A DNA stretch of 48,883 nt from Nitrospirota bacterium (GTDB taxonomy: Bacteria; Nitrospirota; Thermodesulfovibrionia; Thermodesulfovibrionales; JdFR-86). Numbering within the stretch: the stretch's first letter is position 1; each line of letters begins with the position of its first letter. The DNA is taken from the NCBI GenBank assembly GCA_030638335.1, contig DAOWET010000078.1, positions 1 to 48,883 on the forward strand. The letters run 5' to 3'. A program made the position numbers and the translations under genes. Shown one piece after another: positions 1 through 8,964 of the stretch. The notes under the pieces were generated by a model. That model did not search any database, was not told the origin of the DNA, and saw nothing but the letters and a program-made list of their open reading frames with translations.

Positions 1-72
1 AGACGCGAAGGAGTACTTGTCGTACTTCGAGCGGCTTATGATGCAGTAGATGCTGTGAACCAGAGCCGTGGG
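1..72 (+). repeat. modular intergenic repeat, copy A (5'-truncated by the window edge)
   Basis: Shares cttgtcgtacttcgag and gcagtagatgctgtg with copy B. Shares gcggcttatgatgcag with copy D. Confidence 0.8.
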
Positions 73-112
73 GAAAGAAACGGGCCGGTCAGATAATAAC
101 CTGACCGGCCCG
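71..112 (-). terminator. rho-independent terminator of the porin gene
   Basis: 12-bp stem cgggccggtcag / ctgaccggcccg with an 8-nt loop. On the minus strand it is followed by TTTCTTTCCCC. Confidence 0.75.
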
Positions 113-135
113 TGTAAAGTCTTACCTAAACTTCT

Positions 136-1503
136 TTAGAACTTGAGGCTGATGCCGTGGCCGATAGCGTAGACAGGATCCAGCTCCATGTCCACACCCA
201 TTTCCTCGCCATCAGGCATGGCATAACCTAGCTTCGCGGTGTAGGTGGTAGCTTCGCCAAGGGCGTAGGAGAACTTGGCATCGACTTCGATCCAGGTGAT
301 CTCGAAGTCAAGATCTGCAAAGTCATCGCCCTCGGTCGCACCCCATTCGGCTGCACCGGCTGCGTTAAGCGAGCCATAACCTGCGAGCGTGGCATATGCG
401 ACGGTCACGCCAACACCCATCTCGTCGGAAAGCTTGGTGTCTACGTTAAGAACGAGAGCCATCGTGTCGCAGGTCAGGCCGTAGGCCGATAAGCCAGTTG
501 CTCCGCACTCGCCGAGGTCGAACTGGGCGGTGGGCTGAGCCGAACCGATAAGCACGGTGGGCGCGAAGTACTTGGTGGCTGTGTAGCCGTTAGAGGTCAT
601 GGCAAATGCGCCGGAGACCTTTAATGTATCCAGCTCCATTGCGGCTGCCACGAATCCGCCAAGCTTGGCATCTTCGGAAGAGCTGTCGTAGAGGTCGCCG
701 CCGTTCTGCGCAACTTCACCAAGGACAGTGATGTCGCCGAGTTTGCCCTGGAAGAACAGGTCGATCTTCATGCCGCCGTCGCCGTCGCCGCCATCAGTAC
801 CAGGTATGGTCGTGGTAATCTTGCAAGAGCCGCCTGCGCCGCCTTTCCATGTGCCGCCAGCATTCGCACACTCACCAGGGGTGGTGTAGAGGGTGGAGGT
901 GACCGTGGTGGACACATCAGGGGTGGTGGTGGTATCGTCCTTACCCATCACGAGGATACCGCCGACCTTGAACTCGCCAAGCTGGGTGATACCGAAGAGC
1001 GCGTTTACGTCGTAGTCATTAAGATCGTCTTCGCCGAAGGTATCATTAACCTTCTGGGTAAATGCGCCGACCGTGGCTACGTCGAGCTTGCCAGTGACCT
1101 TGAGCCTTGCATTTGCAGAGCCCCAGCTCCAGAACTTGTGGCCCCAGTTAGCGGGCATGAAGCCGCCGGAGAGGGTCCAGTCGTCTGAAACGGGAACGAA
1201 GATATATGCGTAGTCGTCGCCATCAAAACGGATGGTGTTTCCGTCTGCGCCGTCCCAGTTGTTCTCACGGGCGGTGAAGCGGAGTTTCACGCCTGCGCCG
1301 TCGTCGTTGGTGCCGGTGACGTTGAGACGGATTCTGCTGTCATACCACCTGCTGCTGTCATCTGTGTCACTGTCGTAATCCGGGTTGTCAATCATTGTGC
1401 CCCTTAAACGGGCGTCACCGCTGAGTTCGATCTCGGCTACAGCAAAGCTGGCAAGGCCAAAGACCATAATCATGGCAACCATTAAAGCAAGAAGTTTCTT
1501 CAA
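136..1503 (-). CDS. putative outer-membrane porin (beta-barrel)
   Basis: ORF 136..1527. AAGGAGGA lies 8 nt upstream of an in-frame TTG at 1503, giving the signal peptide MKKLLALMVAMIMVFGLASFAVA. The sequence is Gly/Asp/Thr-rich with an alternating strand pattern and ends in ...GISLKF, an aromatic terminus typical of OM barrels. Confidence 0.7.
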   Translation of the reverse strand: MKKLLALMVAMIMVFGLASFAVAEIELSGDARLRGTMIDNPDYDSDTDDSSRWYDSRIRLNVTGTNDDGAGVKLRFTARENNWDGADGNTIRFDGDDYAYIFVPVSDDWTLSGGFMPANWGHKFWSWGSANARLKVTGKLDVATVGAFTQKVNDTFGEDDLNDYDVNALFGITQLGEFKVGGILVMGKDDTTTTPDVSTTVTSTLYTTPGECANAGGTWKGGAGGSCKITTTIPGTDGGDGDGGMKIDLFFQGKLGDITVLGEVAQNGGDLYDSSSEDAKLGGFVAAAMELDTLKVSGAFAMTSNGYTATKYFAPTVLIGSAQPTAQFDLGECGATGLSAYGLTCDTMALVLNVDTKLSDEMGVGVTVAYATLAGYGSLNAAGAAEWGATEGDDFADLDFEITWIEVDAKFSYALGEATTYTAKLGYAMPDGEEMGVDMELDPVYAIGHGISLKF

Positions 1504-2023
1504 TGTACTGATCCTCCTTTTTTTCACTTATATCGGTTGGCCCAGCCAACCTCGATTTAATGTCCGCCTACTGACGGATGTTTCTTTCCAAAAAAACCGC
1601 GTGTTCTTTCGGAAGCCCCTCGCATACCACCTCCCATCCTTCCTTGTAGGTCGCCCGTCGGGCGGAAACGAATGTATCGATTAAGAAGGCTTGCCCTCTT
1701 TATAAGGTTCATACATTTATAGCATTTACCCGTTTTTTTGTCAAGTCTTTAATAATTTCAGTAGGATTGGGCTCTGTCAGGCCCCACTGACACTCCGAGC
1801 CCATCTACCGACGCCCTCATTTTAAACAAACCGACTGTCAATGAGCAAGCAAAAAATAACATAGCAAATGCAAGCAATTTTCTTGCCAAACTTTAGGCTG
1901 ACCAACTGAAACCCCACAAAGACGCTCCAGCACTGGATTTGCGGGCTATTCAGGCGTAAAAGAAAATCCGCGCAAACATACCGACTGTGTCCCTTTTACA
2001 CAACAGGGGCGTGGCGTTTTGGA

Positions 2024-2770
2024 TCAGAACTCGAACCCGGCCTCCACAAATGGCCCCTCAAAGACCATATCAACAAAGATATCGTCCTCATCCACCTTGA
2101 TGCTCTCGTAGCGGTACCCTCCGGCAATGAACACGGGCCCCATGGGCTTGATCTTCACGCGCGCGATGGCGTCGTAGTAATTGTTGCCGCTGTAGGAGAT
2201 GCCGCGCCCTTCGAACTCGAAGCTGAACTCATCGGTGGGGCGTATCTGCAGGCCGGCATAGATCATGGGGATAGCGACCGTGAGGGACTGCTCCTCCATG
2301 TGATTGTCTGTGTCCTCAATCTTGGCGCTGAGGTCCAGCATGCGTATGTTAAGACCTGCCTCCAGGTTCAGCTTGTCGGCCGAGAGGGTGCTCAGAAAGG
2401 GTACGCCGTAGTAGAGGGCTATGTCATAGTGGTCCAGTACAAGGTCGGTTGTGGTGTTGAGGGTGTAATCGTACGAGCCGTAGGTGAAGTCCTGTGTGCT
2501 CGCCCCGCTGAAGTCCATCTTGGTGGCCATGAGGTATACGTTGGGGATGGGCCCCGGCATGTCAAGCTTCAGGCGGGCGGTCATGCGGAGCTCGTCGTCG
2601 TTTACACCGAGGTCCTCGCCTATGTCGAGCATGTCGCCTTCGTACTGGAGCTGTCCAGAGGGGGTCTGCTTCCACATTCCCACCGCCCCCTCTACCCCTA
2701 TGGCCCAGGAAGCAGCGGGAACCATTGTCACAAGAAGTGCAGCAACAAGAATCATCACGATCTTTTTCAT
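2024..2770 (-). CDS. outer-membrane beta-barrel protein (resembles TIGR04219-type OMPs)
   Basis: ORF 2024..2785. GGAGGAG precedes the second ATG at 2770, giving the signal peptide MKKIVMILVAALLVTMVPAASWA. There is an internal ...PGPIPNVYL... motif and the protein ends in AGFEF. Confidence 0.65.
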   Translation of the reverse strand: MKKIVMILVAALLVTMVPAASWAIGVEGAVGMWKQTPSGQLQYEGDMLDIGEDLGVNDDELRMTARLKLDMPGPIPNVYLMATKMDFSGASTQDFTYGSYDYTLNTTTDLVLDHYDIALYYGVPFLSTLSADKLNLEAGLNIRMLDLSAKIEDTDNHMEEQSLTVAIPMIYAGLQIRPTDEFSFEFEGRGISYSGNNYYDAIARVKIKPMGPVFIAGGYRYESIKVDEDDIFVDMVFEGPFVEAGFEF

Positions 2771-2827
2771 TATCTTCTCCTCCATACTATTGCTATTGCC
2801 AGCTTATCGTACCTTCCATCCATCACA

Positions 2828-2873
2828 AAGACCTATTATAACTAAAAACATAAAGACATATTATAACTAAAAA
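2828..2873 (-). promoter_or_regulatory. tandem 24-nt duplication carrying two TATAAT boxes upstream of the OMP gene
   Basis: aaagacctattataactaaaaa / aaagacatattataactaaaaa. On the minus strand this reads TTAGTTATAAT twice. Confidence 0.5.
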
Positions 2874-2944
2874 TAAAAACTCTTACTGCCCTCTGAATAT
2901 CCATTATCCCTGGATGCGTAAAACGGCGCAAAAGCAGGCAAGGA

Positions 2945-4069
2945 TCATTCAGCTATTTGCACCATGTTCTTGCCAAGCTCCTTGGCCCTGTACATGGCTT
3001 TGTCCGCGGCCCTCAAAAGCGCCTCGGCCTGCACCCGGGGATTTCCGGTTGGGGGGACGCTCCTGCTCTGCGAGGCAACACCCACGCTTGCGGTGATGAC
3101 GCCGCTTAACCGGATCGGGTCCTCGTCAGGGCGGACGCTACTCTCAAGGAACACCGCGCCCTCTATGCCGGCCCTTATGCGCTCTGCGTATTCCGCCGCC
3201 ACATCCAAGCCAGTCTGCGGGAGGATCACCGCGTACTCGTCGCCGCCGTAGCGCACGGGCTCGGCCACTATGTCCACAAGCTGCTCGCGCACTATCTCCG
3301 CCACCTCCCACAGCACAGCGCTTCCCGCGAGGTGGCCGTGGGTATCGTTTACCTCCTTGAACCGGTCGAGGTCGAAAAATATCAATGAGGTGTCTCCGCC
3401 GCCCTCCCTCACGCGCTCCACCTCGCGCTCGAGCCTCACGAAAAAGTACCTGTCGTTGTAGAGCCCTGTGAGGTTGTCGATCTTCGAGAGTTCCTCGAAC
3501 TCACGGGCGGCAAGGGAGTTCTCCATCAGGTTGGCCGTGTAACCCGCAAAGACCTCAAGCAGCATCAGGTCGTTGCTTTCGTAGTTGGTGCGGCCCTTGC
3601 AGTTTATCAGCTCCACCACTCCAATGACAGCGTTCTGTATCTTGATGGGAGCGGCGATGATGGAGATGCTCCTGTAGCTTGTACGCCTGTCCACACTTTG
3701 CAGGAAGGTCTCGTCCTCGCTTACGTCCTCGCTTATGTAAGGCTTGCCGGAGGAGTAGGTCTGACCGGCAATGCCTTCGTTGACCGAGATGCTCGTGCCC
3801 ACGAGTTCATCGGCCTTATCCCCAAAGCATGCCGCAAAGAAGAGCCTGCCATTTTCCTTTTCCTGCCACTTGAGCACCGGGTCGTCAAGGAGCACGGAGC
3901 CGCTCTCGGAAGGCACGAACCTCTCGGCCCAGGACACTATCTCCCCGAGCACCTTGCCAAGGTCCACCCCGTGCCGCACACGGTCCTTCTGCTTGCGGCG
4001 CATCATGGTGCGCGCAAGCACGGAGGTATCGGCCACATGGACCTTCATGGAGCGTTCCTCATCCGGCAA
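2945..4069 (-). CDS. GAF domain-containing diguanylate cyclase (GGDEF)
   Basis: The N-terminal half is GAF-like. The C-terminal half has LTGLYNDRYF...FFDLDRFKEVNDTHGH...RYGGDEYAVIL, a GGDEF active-site motif. Confidence 0.85.
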   Translation of the reverse strand: MPDEERSMKVHVADTSVLARTMMRRKQKDRVRHGVDLGKVLGEIVSWAERFVPSESGSVLLDDPVLKWQEKENGRLFFAACFGDKADELVGTSISVNEGIAGQTYSSGKPYISEDVSEDETFLQSVDRRTSYRSISIIAAPIKIQNAVIGVVELINCKGRTNYESNDLMLLEVFAGYTANLMENSLAAREFEELSKIDNLTGLYNDRYFFVRLEREVERVREGGGDTSLIFFDLDRFKEVNDTHGHLAGSAVLWEVAEIVREQLVDIVAEPVRYGGDEYAVILPQTGLDVAAEYAERIRAGIEGAVFLESSVRPDEDPIRLSGVITASVGVASQSRSVPPTGNPRVQAEALLRAADKAMYRAKELGKNMVQIAE

Positions 4070-4127
4070 AAAGGCTGTGTGCCCATCGGATATTATACCC
4101 TACCATTTGAGCCCTACCATTTCAGCC

Positions 4128-5561
4128 CTACCATTTCAAATAGTCTGCCAGCCTGTAGAACAGCCTCAGCAGCCAGAGCTTCCTCTTAAGCGGGTAGTAC
4201 CTGACCGGCAAGTCGATGGAGGTGGAGCGCTCCATTATCGCGCGGGGGTGCGAGAAGGCCTCGAAACCGTACCTGCCGTGGTACATGCCCATGCCTGAGT
4301 CGCCAACCCCGCCAAAGGGCAGTGTGCAGGAGGCAAAGTGCACAAGGGTGTCGTTGAACACGAACCCGCCCGACGGCAGCTCGCGGAGCACACGCTCCTT
4401 GAGGGCGTGGTCCCTGCTGAAAAGGTACAGGGCAAGGGGTTTCGGGCGTTCCCTGATTATGGAAAACGGCTTTCCCAGTTCATCGTACGCGATGACCGGA
4501 AGCACGGGGCCGAAGACCTCCTCGTTCATTATCGGGTGCGAGGGGTCCACGTCGTCTATAACGGTGGGCGCAACGTACCTCTGCTGCACGTCCGTCTCGC
4601 CAAGGAACCGCACGCGCCCGGCGCCGCTCATGAGGCGCTCAAGCCTCTCCACGTGGCGAGCGTCCACGATGCGCGGCAACTCCTTGCTCTCCTTCGGCTC
4701 GGGGCCAAAAGACCTGAGCACCTCCGCGGCCAGGGCCTCAATGAGGGGCTCCTTTACCTCCCTGTGCACCAGGAGGTAGTCAGGCGCGGTACATGTCTGA
4801 CCTGCGTTCAGGAACTTGCCCCATGCGATTCTCCGCGCGGCAACCTTGATGTCCGCGTCCTTGTGCACGATGCACGGGCTCTTGCCGCCAAGCTCAAGCA
4901 CCACGGGGGTGAGGTTCCTGGCCGCGCTTAGCATGACCTCGCGGCCAGCCGACGTGCTGCCTGTGAAGAATATCATGTCAAAGCGTTCCTCAAGCAGGGC
5001 CCTGCTTACGTCAACGCTGCCCGTGAAGACAGCCACGTGCTCCGGGGGAAAGCACTCGCGTATGAGCCGGGCCATGGCCCTGGAGAGGACAGGCACGCGC
5101 GAGGAGGGTTTTAGAATTACCGTGTTGCCGGCGGAAAGCGCCCCCACAAGGGGGGTGAATGTGAGGTTCATGGGATAATTCCACGGGGAGATGACAAGGC
5201 ACTGTCCGTAGGGCTCGCGGGTTACGTAACTTCTGCCTATGAAGTGCAGCAAGGAGGTGCGCACCTTTCTGGGCCGCGCCCATCGAGCGAGTTTTCTGCG
5301 GTGCTCGCGTATCTCGGCAAGCACAAGGCCCACTTCGGTCATGAAGAACTCCGCGCGGCCCTTGCCAAGGTCCTCGCGCGCGGCCCCGGCAAGCGACTTC
5401 TCCCCGGAGCTTATCGCCTCCTGAAGCCGCTCAAGGGCATGTCGCCTGAAGTCAAGGTCCCTTGTGGCGCCGGTTGCGAAAAACTCCCGCTGACCGCGCA
5501 TGGTTTTTCTTATCTCTTTAGCCAGCTCCGTGTGGCCCTCGTCGTGTCCGGTCTCGTGCAA
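4128..5561 (-). CDS. NAD(P)+-dependent aldehyde dehydrogenase (ALDH3-like)
   Basis: ELGGKSP (catalytic Glu) and NAGQTCTAPDY (catalytic Cys) are both present. The length is 477 aa. Confidence 0.9.
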   Translation of the reverse strand: MHETGHDEGHTELAKEIRKTMRGQREFFATGATRDLDFRRHALERLQEAISSGEKSLAGAAREDLGKGRAEFFMTEVGLVLAEIREHRRKLARWARPRKVRTSLLHFIGRSYVTREPYGQCLVISPWNYPMNLTFTPLVGALSAGNTVILKPSSRVPVLSRAMARLIRECFPPEHVAVFTGSVDVSRALLEERFDMIFFTGSTSAGREVMLSAARNLTPVVLELGGKSPCIVHKDADIKVAARRIAWGKFLNAGQTCTAPDYLLVHREVKEPLIEALAAEVLRSFGPEPKESKELPRIVDARHVERLERLMSGAGRVRFLGETDVQQRYVAPTVIDDVDPSHPIMNEEVFGPVLPVIAYDELGKPFSIIRERPKPLALYLFSRDHALKERVLRELPSGGFVFNDTLVHFASCTLPFGGVGDSGMGMYHGRYGFEAFSHPRAIMERSTSIDLPVRYYPLKRKLWLLRLFYRLADYLKW

Positions 5562-5664
5562 GTGCGCCTCCCTATGATCATTATCCGTATCTGCCTGGCA
5601 CAGCGAACGCCCCCGTGCCTGTCCTTATGAAACATTCCCTGTCAGAGGGCTGAGACTTTATGAC

Positions 5665-6396
5665 CTATCTGGCAACCGCGCCCGTGCCGAGTTCCCCGGG
5701 CACCAGAAGGCCTCTGGACCCACCGATCCTGATGGCCGCCATCACCGGGGGCACCTCCACAATGTCGCCCGCATGGATTATCGTAACACTGACGCGCACC
5801 ACAGCGGGGAGGTAGTCGTTCTCCTCCGTGTCCCACTCAGACACCCACTCCGCGGTGCCTGTGTCCTCGTCCACATCCATGTACTCAAAGCTCACGGACT
5901 CCACGTGCGGGGCAAAGACGAACTCCTCCTCGCCTTCGTCATCGTCCTCGTCCACACCCATAAAGAATATCCTCTCCGCGGCCTTGAAACCATCATCGTC
6001 AAGATACAGCCTCACGAACTTGAGCCCTGCCAGGTCCGCAAGCGTCTCGGAGTACACGTCCACGGAAGTGGTCACAAACTCCAGGGAATCGCCTGAGCCC
6101 CTGAAGAGTATGTAGCTTTCTTTCTCGTCATCCGGGTCCTGAAAGCGGTAGGGGTAGGCCCCACCCAGCATCCAGGCAAGCCTGTCAGAGACTATGCGCA
6201 TGCGCTGGGCCAGATCGCTGCGCGCAAGCCCCTTCTCCTGAGAGCGGTGTCCCATGCGGAGCGCGGAAAGCAGTATCACCATAACCGCCGCGGTGATGGC
6301 AAGGCCCAGCATGACCTCAAGCAGTGTAAAACCCCTATTGCTGTTTCTATTGCTACTTCTATTGCTGCACATCATAGAACGCCCTCGTGCACTCAA
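5665..6396 (-). CDS. type II secretion minor pseudopilin, GspJ-like
   Basis: Prepilin-type N-terminal methylation motif GFTLLEVMLGLAI. The 243-aa size and the position after the GspI-like gene fit GspJ. Confidence 0.65.
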   Translation of the reverse strand: MSARGRSMMCSNRSSNRNSNRGFTLLEVMLGLAITAAVMVILLSALRMGHRSQEKGLARSDLAQRMRIVSDRLAWMLGGAYPYRFQDPDDEKESYILFRGSGDSLEFVTTSVDVYSETLADLAGLKFVRLYLDDDGFKAAERIFFMGVDEDDDEGEEEFVFAPHVESVSFEYMDVDEDTGTAEWVSEWDTEENDYLPAVVRVSVTIIHAGDIVEVPPVMAAIRIGGSRGLLVPGELGTGAVAR

Positions 6397-6754
6397 GCCT
6401 CAGCGCCCCGCCTGTGGAGCGGTTTATGGTCACGGATATCTCGTAGAGCATCGGGCCCTCCTCCACCTCAAGGGCCACCACACTGCGCATGGCCTCAAGG
6501 CCACCGTCCAGCGTGATGGTCCCCTCGAACTCGGTGGGATCGGGTCCCGGGGCGCAGGCCTCTTCCAAAAGGGAGCGCGCGTGGAGAATGGAAATGGTCG
6601 CGTCCTCGTTCCTGAGCGTGGTCCTCAGCGAAGAGGAGAACAGCTGCATCACGACCACAAGGGCCGCGCTCAGGATGGCAAGCGCGGCCATGACCTCTAT
6701 AAGGCTAAAGCCTCTCGAGGCGCGCCTCGCCCGTGACCGGGTCCACAAGCACAC
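6359..6754 (-). CDS. type II secretion minor pseudopilin, GspI-like
   Basis: RGFSLIEVMAALAIL prepilin motif in a small protein of about 125 aa. It overlaps both neighbours, consistent with translational coupling. The exact start is uncertain; an in-frame TTG two codons in is possible. Confidence 0.6.
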   Translation of the reverse strand: MCLWTRSRARRASRGFSLIEVMAALAILSAALVVVMQLFSSSLRTTLRNEDATISILHARSLLEEACAPGPDPTEFEGTITLDGGLEAMRSVVALEVEEGPMLYEISVTINRSTGGALRLECTRAFYDVQQ

Positions 6755-7127
6755 GATACTCCCTCCCTTCCGGAGCTTTTATATATACCTCTCCGCCGGT
6801 GCTGTTGCCCTTTGGGAAGAACACCAGCTCCACGTCCTCCCTGAAAGAAAGGCCCTTGCCTATGACAAGCCTCCTTCCGCCTTCGAGGCCGTAGCTGCCC
6901 TGCTCCGCCTCTACAAAGAACGTGACCGGCCTGCGCTCGGTAAGCGCCTTGTCCCGGGCATGGGCCATCAGGTTTCTGACCCCGGTGACCTCCTGCCTCA
7001 GCCGGGTCTTATCAAGCGAGCGGCCAAGCGAGACACCCACCACTGCGGTGGATACCGCGATTATAAACAGCACGGCAAGGAGCTCCACGAGCGTGAAGCC
7101 CGCATTCCTTTTTAATGAACCCCTCAT
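6705..7127 (-). CDS. type II secretion minor pseudopilin, GspH-like
   Basis: AGFTLVELLAVLFIIAV prepilin motif. Length 140 aa. Confidence 0.65.
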   Translation of the reverse strand: MRGSLKRNAGFTLVELLAVLFIIAVSTAVVGVSLGRSLDKTRLRQEVTGVRNLMAHARDKALTERRPVTFFVEAEQGSYGLEGGRRLVIGKGLSFREDVELVFFPKGNSTGGEVYIKAPEGREYRVLVDPVTGEARLERL

Positions 7128-7270
7128 TGAACACAGGCTCCTGAATAATTAATGATCGATGAATGCTTTTCCTTTAATGCTTCAAATACTTCTTTGGTGT
7201 GGTAGTTATTTTTATTCGCACTCTTACTATCCAGGCCCATACGGGCTTGGGGTGCAGTAGATACAAGAAA

Positions 7271-7362
7271 GAAAGCACGAAGTCGAAGACTCGATCCGAG
7301 GAGTGCTTGTCGTACTTCGAGTGCTCTTATTTCGCAGTAGATGCTGTGCATCCATGCCCGTA
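7271..7362 (+). repeat. modular intergenic repeat, copy B (full length). A partial rearranged copy lies at 7228-7266.
   Basis: gaaagcacgaagtcgaagactcgatccgagg + agtgcttgtcgtacttcgag + tgctcttatttcgcagtagatgctgtgcatccatgcccgta. It ends 3 nt from the gspF stop codon. Confidence 0.8.
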
Positions 7363-7364
7363 TC

Positions 7365-8558
7365 CTATATAGGGATTTCATTGATGGAGAATACCGCAAG
7401 CAGCATTGAGAACACGATGAGGGCCACGATGCCTGCCATGAAGAGGATTATCACAGGCCCCACAATGCTCATGGAGCGCTTTATAAGGCTGCGGCTCTCG
7501 CTCTCGAAGCGCTCGGCCACGGAGATGAATGTCTGGTCAAGCCGTCCCGCCTCCTCGCCAACCGCTATCATCTCAACGACTATGGAGGGAAACACGCCCG
7601 ACTCCCTGAGGGGGCCGGCAACGCCAAGGCCCTTTCTCACGCCCTCTTCGAGCACAATAAGCCTGTTGGCCACCACCTCGTTTCCCACCACCTCTCTGGA
7701 GACCATTATGGCCTCGAGTATTGGTACACCGCTCTTAAGGAGCGTGCCAAGCGTGCGCGAGAACCTGGCTATCATGGCCTTTTTGTGCAGCCCCCTGACA
7801 ATGGGAATGCGGAGTTTCAGATTGTCCATGAACTGCCTGCCCTCGCTCGTTACGAGGTAGGACCGGCCAAGGAGCACCGCGATCGCCATGACGATAAGCA
7901 CGAGCCACCAGTAGGAGGTGAGCAAGGAGTTCAGGCCCATGAGCATGCGGGTGGGCGCGGGCATCTCCTGGCCCAGGGAATCGAACATCTCGGCAAAGCG
8001 CGGTAACACGAAAATGAGTATCACGGCCACGGAAGAGCCGCCAACGCCGGTGAGAACTGCGGGATATACCAGCGCAGAGATGAGTTCTTCTTTAAAGGCC
8101 ACGGTGGTCTCAAGGAAACCCGCGAGCCTGTGGAGGACCTCTTCCAGTATGCCTCCGGCCTCGCCCGCGCGCACCATGTTCACGTAGATCTTCGGGAAGG
8201 CCTTCTGGTGCGAGAGCGCGTTGGAGAGGGACTGCCCGCGCTGGAGGTCTTTGTACACCTCTGTGAGCACTTCCCTCATCACGGCTTTTTCCGAATGCAC
8301 GCTCAGCACATAAAGCGCCCTGTCAAGGGGCAGGCCGCTCTCTATAAGGTTGGCAAGCTCGCTGGTGAAGGTCATCAGGTCCTTGGAGCTTACCCTTGAG
8401 AAGGTGGGCCCCCGGCGGGCCTCGACGGTCTTTATTGCTAGCGGCATGAGGCCCAGTTCACTGAGGCGTTCCTTTACCTCGGCCTCGGAAGCGCACTCGA
8501 TGGTGTCCGTGACCTTTTTGCCTGTCTTTTCAGCGGCCTCGTATGTATATAGCGGCAT
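7365..8558 (-). CDS. gspF: type II secretion / type IV pilus platform protein (GspF/PilC family)
   Basis: 397 aa with two T2SSF-like repeats, each followed by TM helices. Typical N-terminus MPLYTYEA...G..V.G.IEA.S..E....L...G. Confidence 0.88.
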   Translation of the reverse strand: MPLYTYEAAEKTGKKVTDTIECASEAEVKERLSELGLMPLAIKTVEARRGPTFSRVSSKDLMTFTSELANLIESGLPLDRALYVLSVHSEKAVMREVLTEVYKDLQRGQSLSNALSHQKAFPKIYVNMVRAGEAGGILEEVLHRLAGFLETTVAFKEELISALVYPAVLTGVGGSSVAVILIFVLPRFAEMFDSLGQEMPAPTRMLMGLNSLLTSYWWLVLIVMAIAVLLGRSYLVTSEGRQFMDNLKLRIPIVRGLHKKAMIARFSRTLGTLLKSGVPILEAIMVSREVVGNEVVANRLIVLEEGVRKGLGVAGPLRESGVFPSIVVEMIAVGEEAGRLDQTFISVAERFESESRSLIKRSMSIVGPVIILFMAGIVALIVFSMLLAVFSINEIPI

Positions 8559-8596
8559 ACTTTAATTTATCACAGAAAAATATATAAAGGCTATTA

Positions 8597-8635
8597 AATG
8601 GATACTCCCTGTGCTTTAGCTCGGGAGTATCCATT
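8597..8635 (-). terminator. hairpin at the left border of the low-GC island
   Basis: 13-bp stem aatggatactccc / gggagtatccatt with a 13-nt loop. On the minus strand it is followed by a T/A-rich tract just upstream of gspF. Confidence 0.5.
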
Positions 8636-8791
8636 CGAAAAAGTTACCTAATCAGTGAGCTGGCAGAACCTTGCAAACGTCTTTCCGCCCTGATAGTTGT
8701 ATCATAATAGGACAGGAATTGAGCAGGAAATTTTGCATGATGCTTATTTTGACGTATCCTCTGATGCACGCGTTTCAGGAAAGGAATAATC

Positions 8792-8953
8792 ATGCTGAAA
8801 TTCATGTGGATACTGGGCTCCATTGTTGGCAGCAGTGTGGGCTGGTGGATAGGGGAAAAGTTCGGGATGGGTGCCGCGCTGGTACTGAGCACTGTGGGCT
8901 TGGCGGTTGGGACGTATGTGGGGTTCAAGTTCGCCCGTAAATATCTGGAGTAG
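8792..8953 (+). CDS. small (53 aa) two-helix glycine-zipper membrane protein
   Basis: Read by hand and not in the ORF track because it is under 60 aa. AGGAAAGGA lies upstream of the ATG at 8792. Sequence: MLKFMWILGSIVGSSVGWWIGEKFGMGAALVLSTVGLAVGTYVGFKFARKYLE. Stop at 8951-8953. Confidence 0.4.
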   Translation: MLKFMWILGSIVGSSVGWWIGEKFGMGAALVLSTVGLAVGTYVGFKFARKYLE

Positions 8954-8964
8954 GCGTACTATTG

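Noticed and set aside
1528-2023. The long 5' region of the porin gene, examined for a riboswitch (for example c-di-GMP, given the many GGDEF/HD-GYP genes).
   Set aside because: I could not recognise GEMM-type or any other conserved riboswitch cores by eye. Only short, weak hairpins are present. An Rfam or Infernal scan would be needed.
7124-7399. A 91-aa minus-strand ORF in the gspF-gspH gap, considered as a candidate degenerate gspG.
   Set aside because: It has no prepilin G-F-T-L-x-E motif or hydrophobic N-terminal helix. It overlaps the gspF 3' end and is composed of the intergenic repeat sequence.
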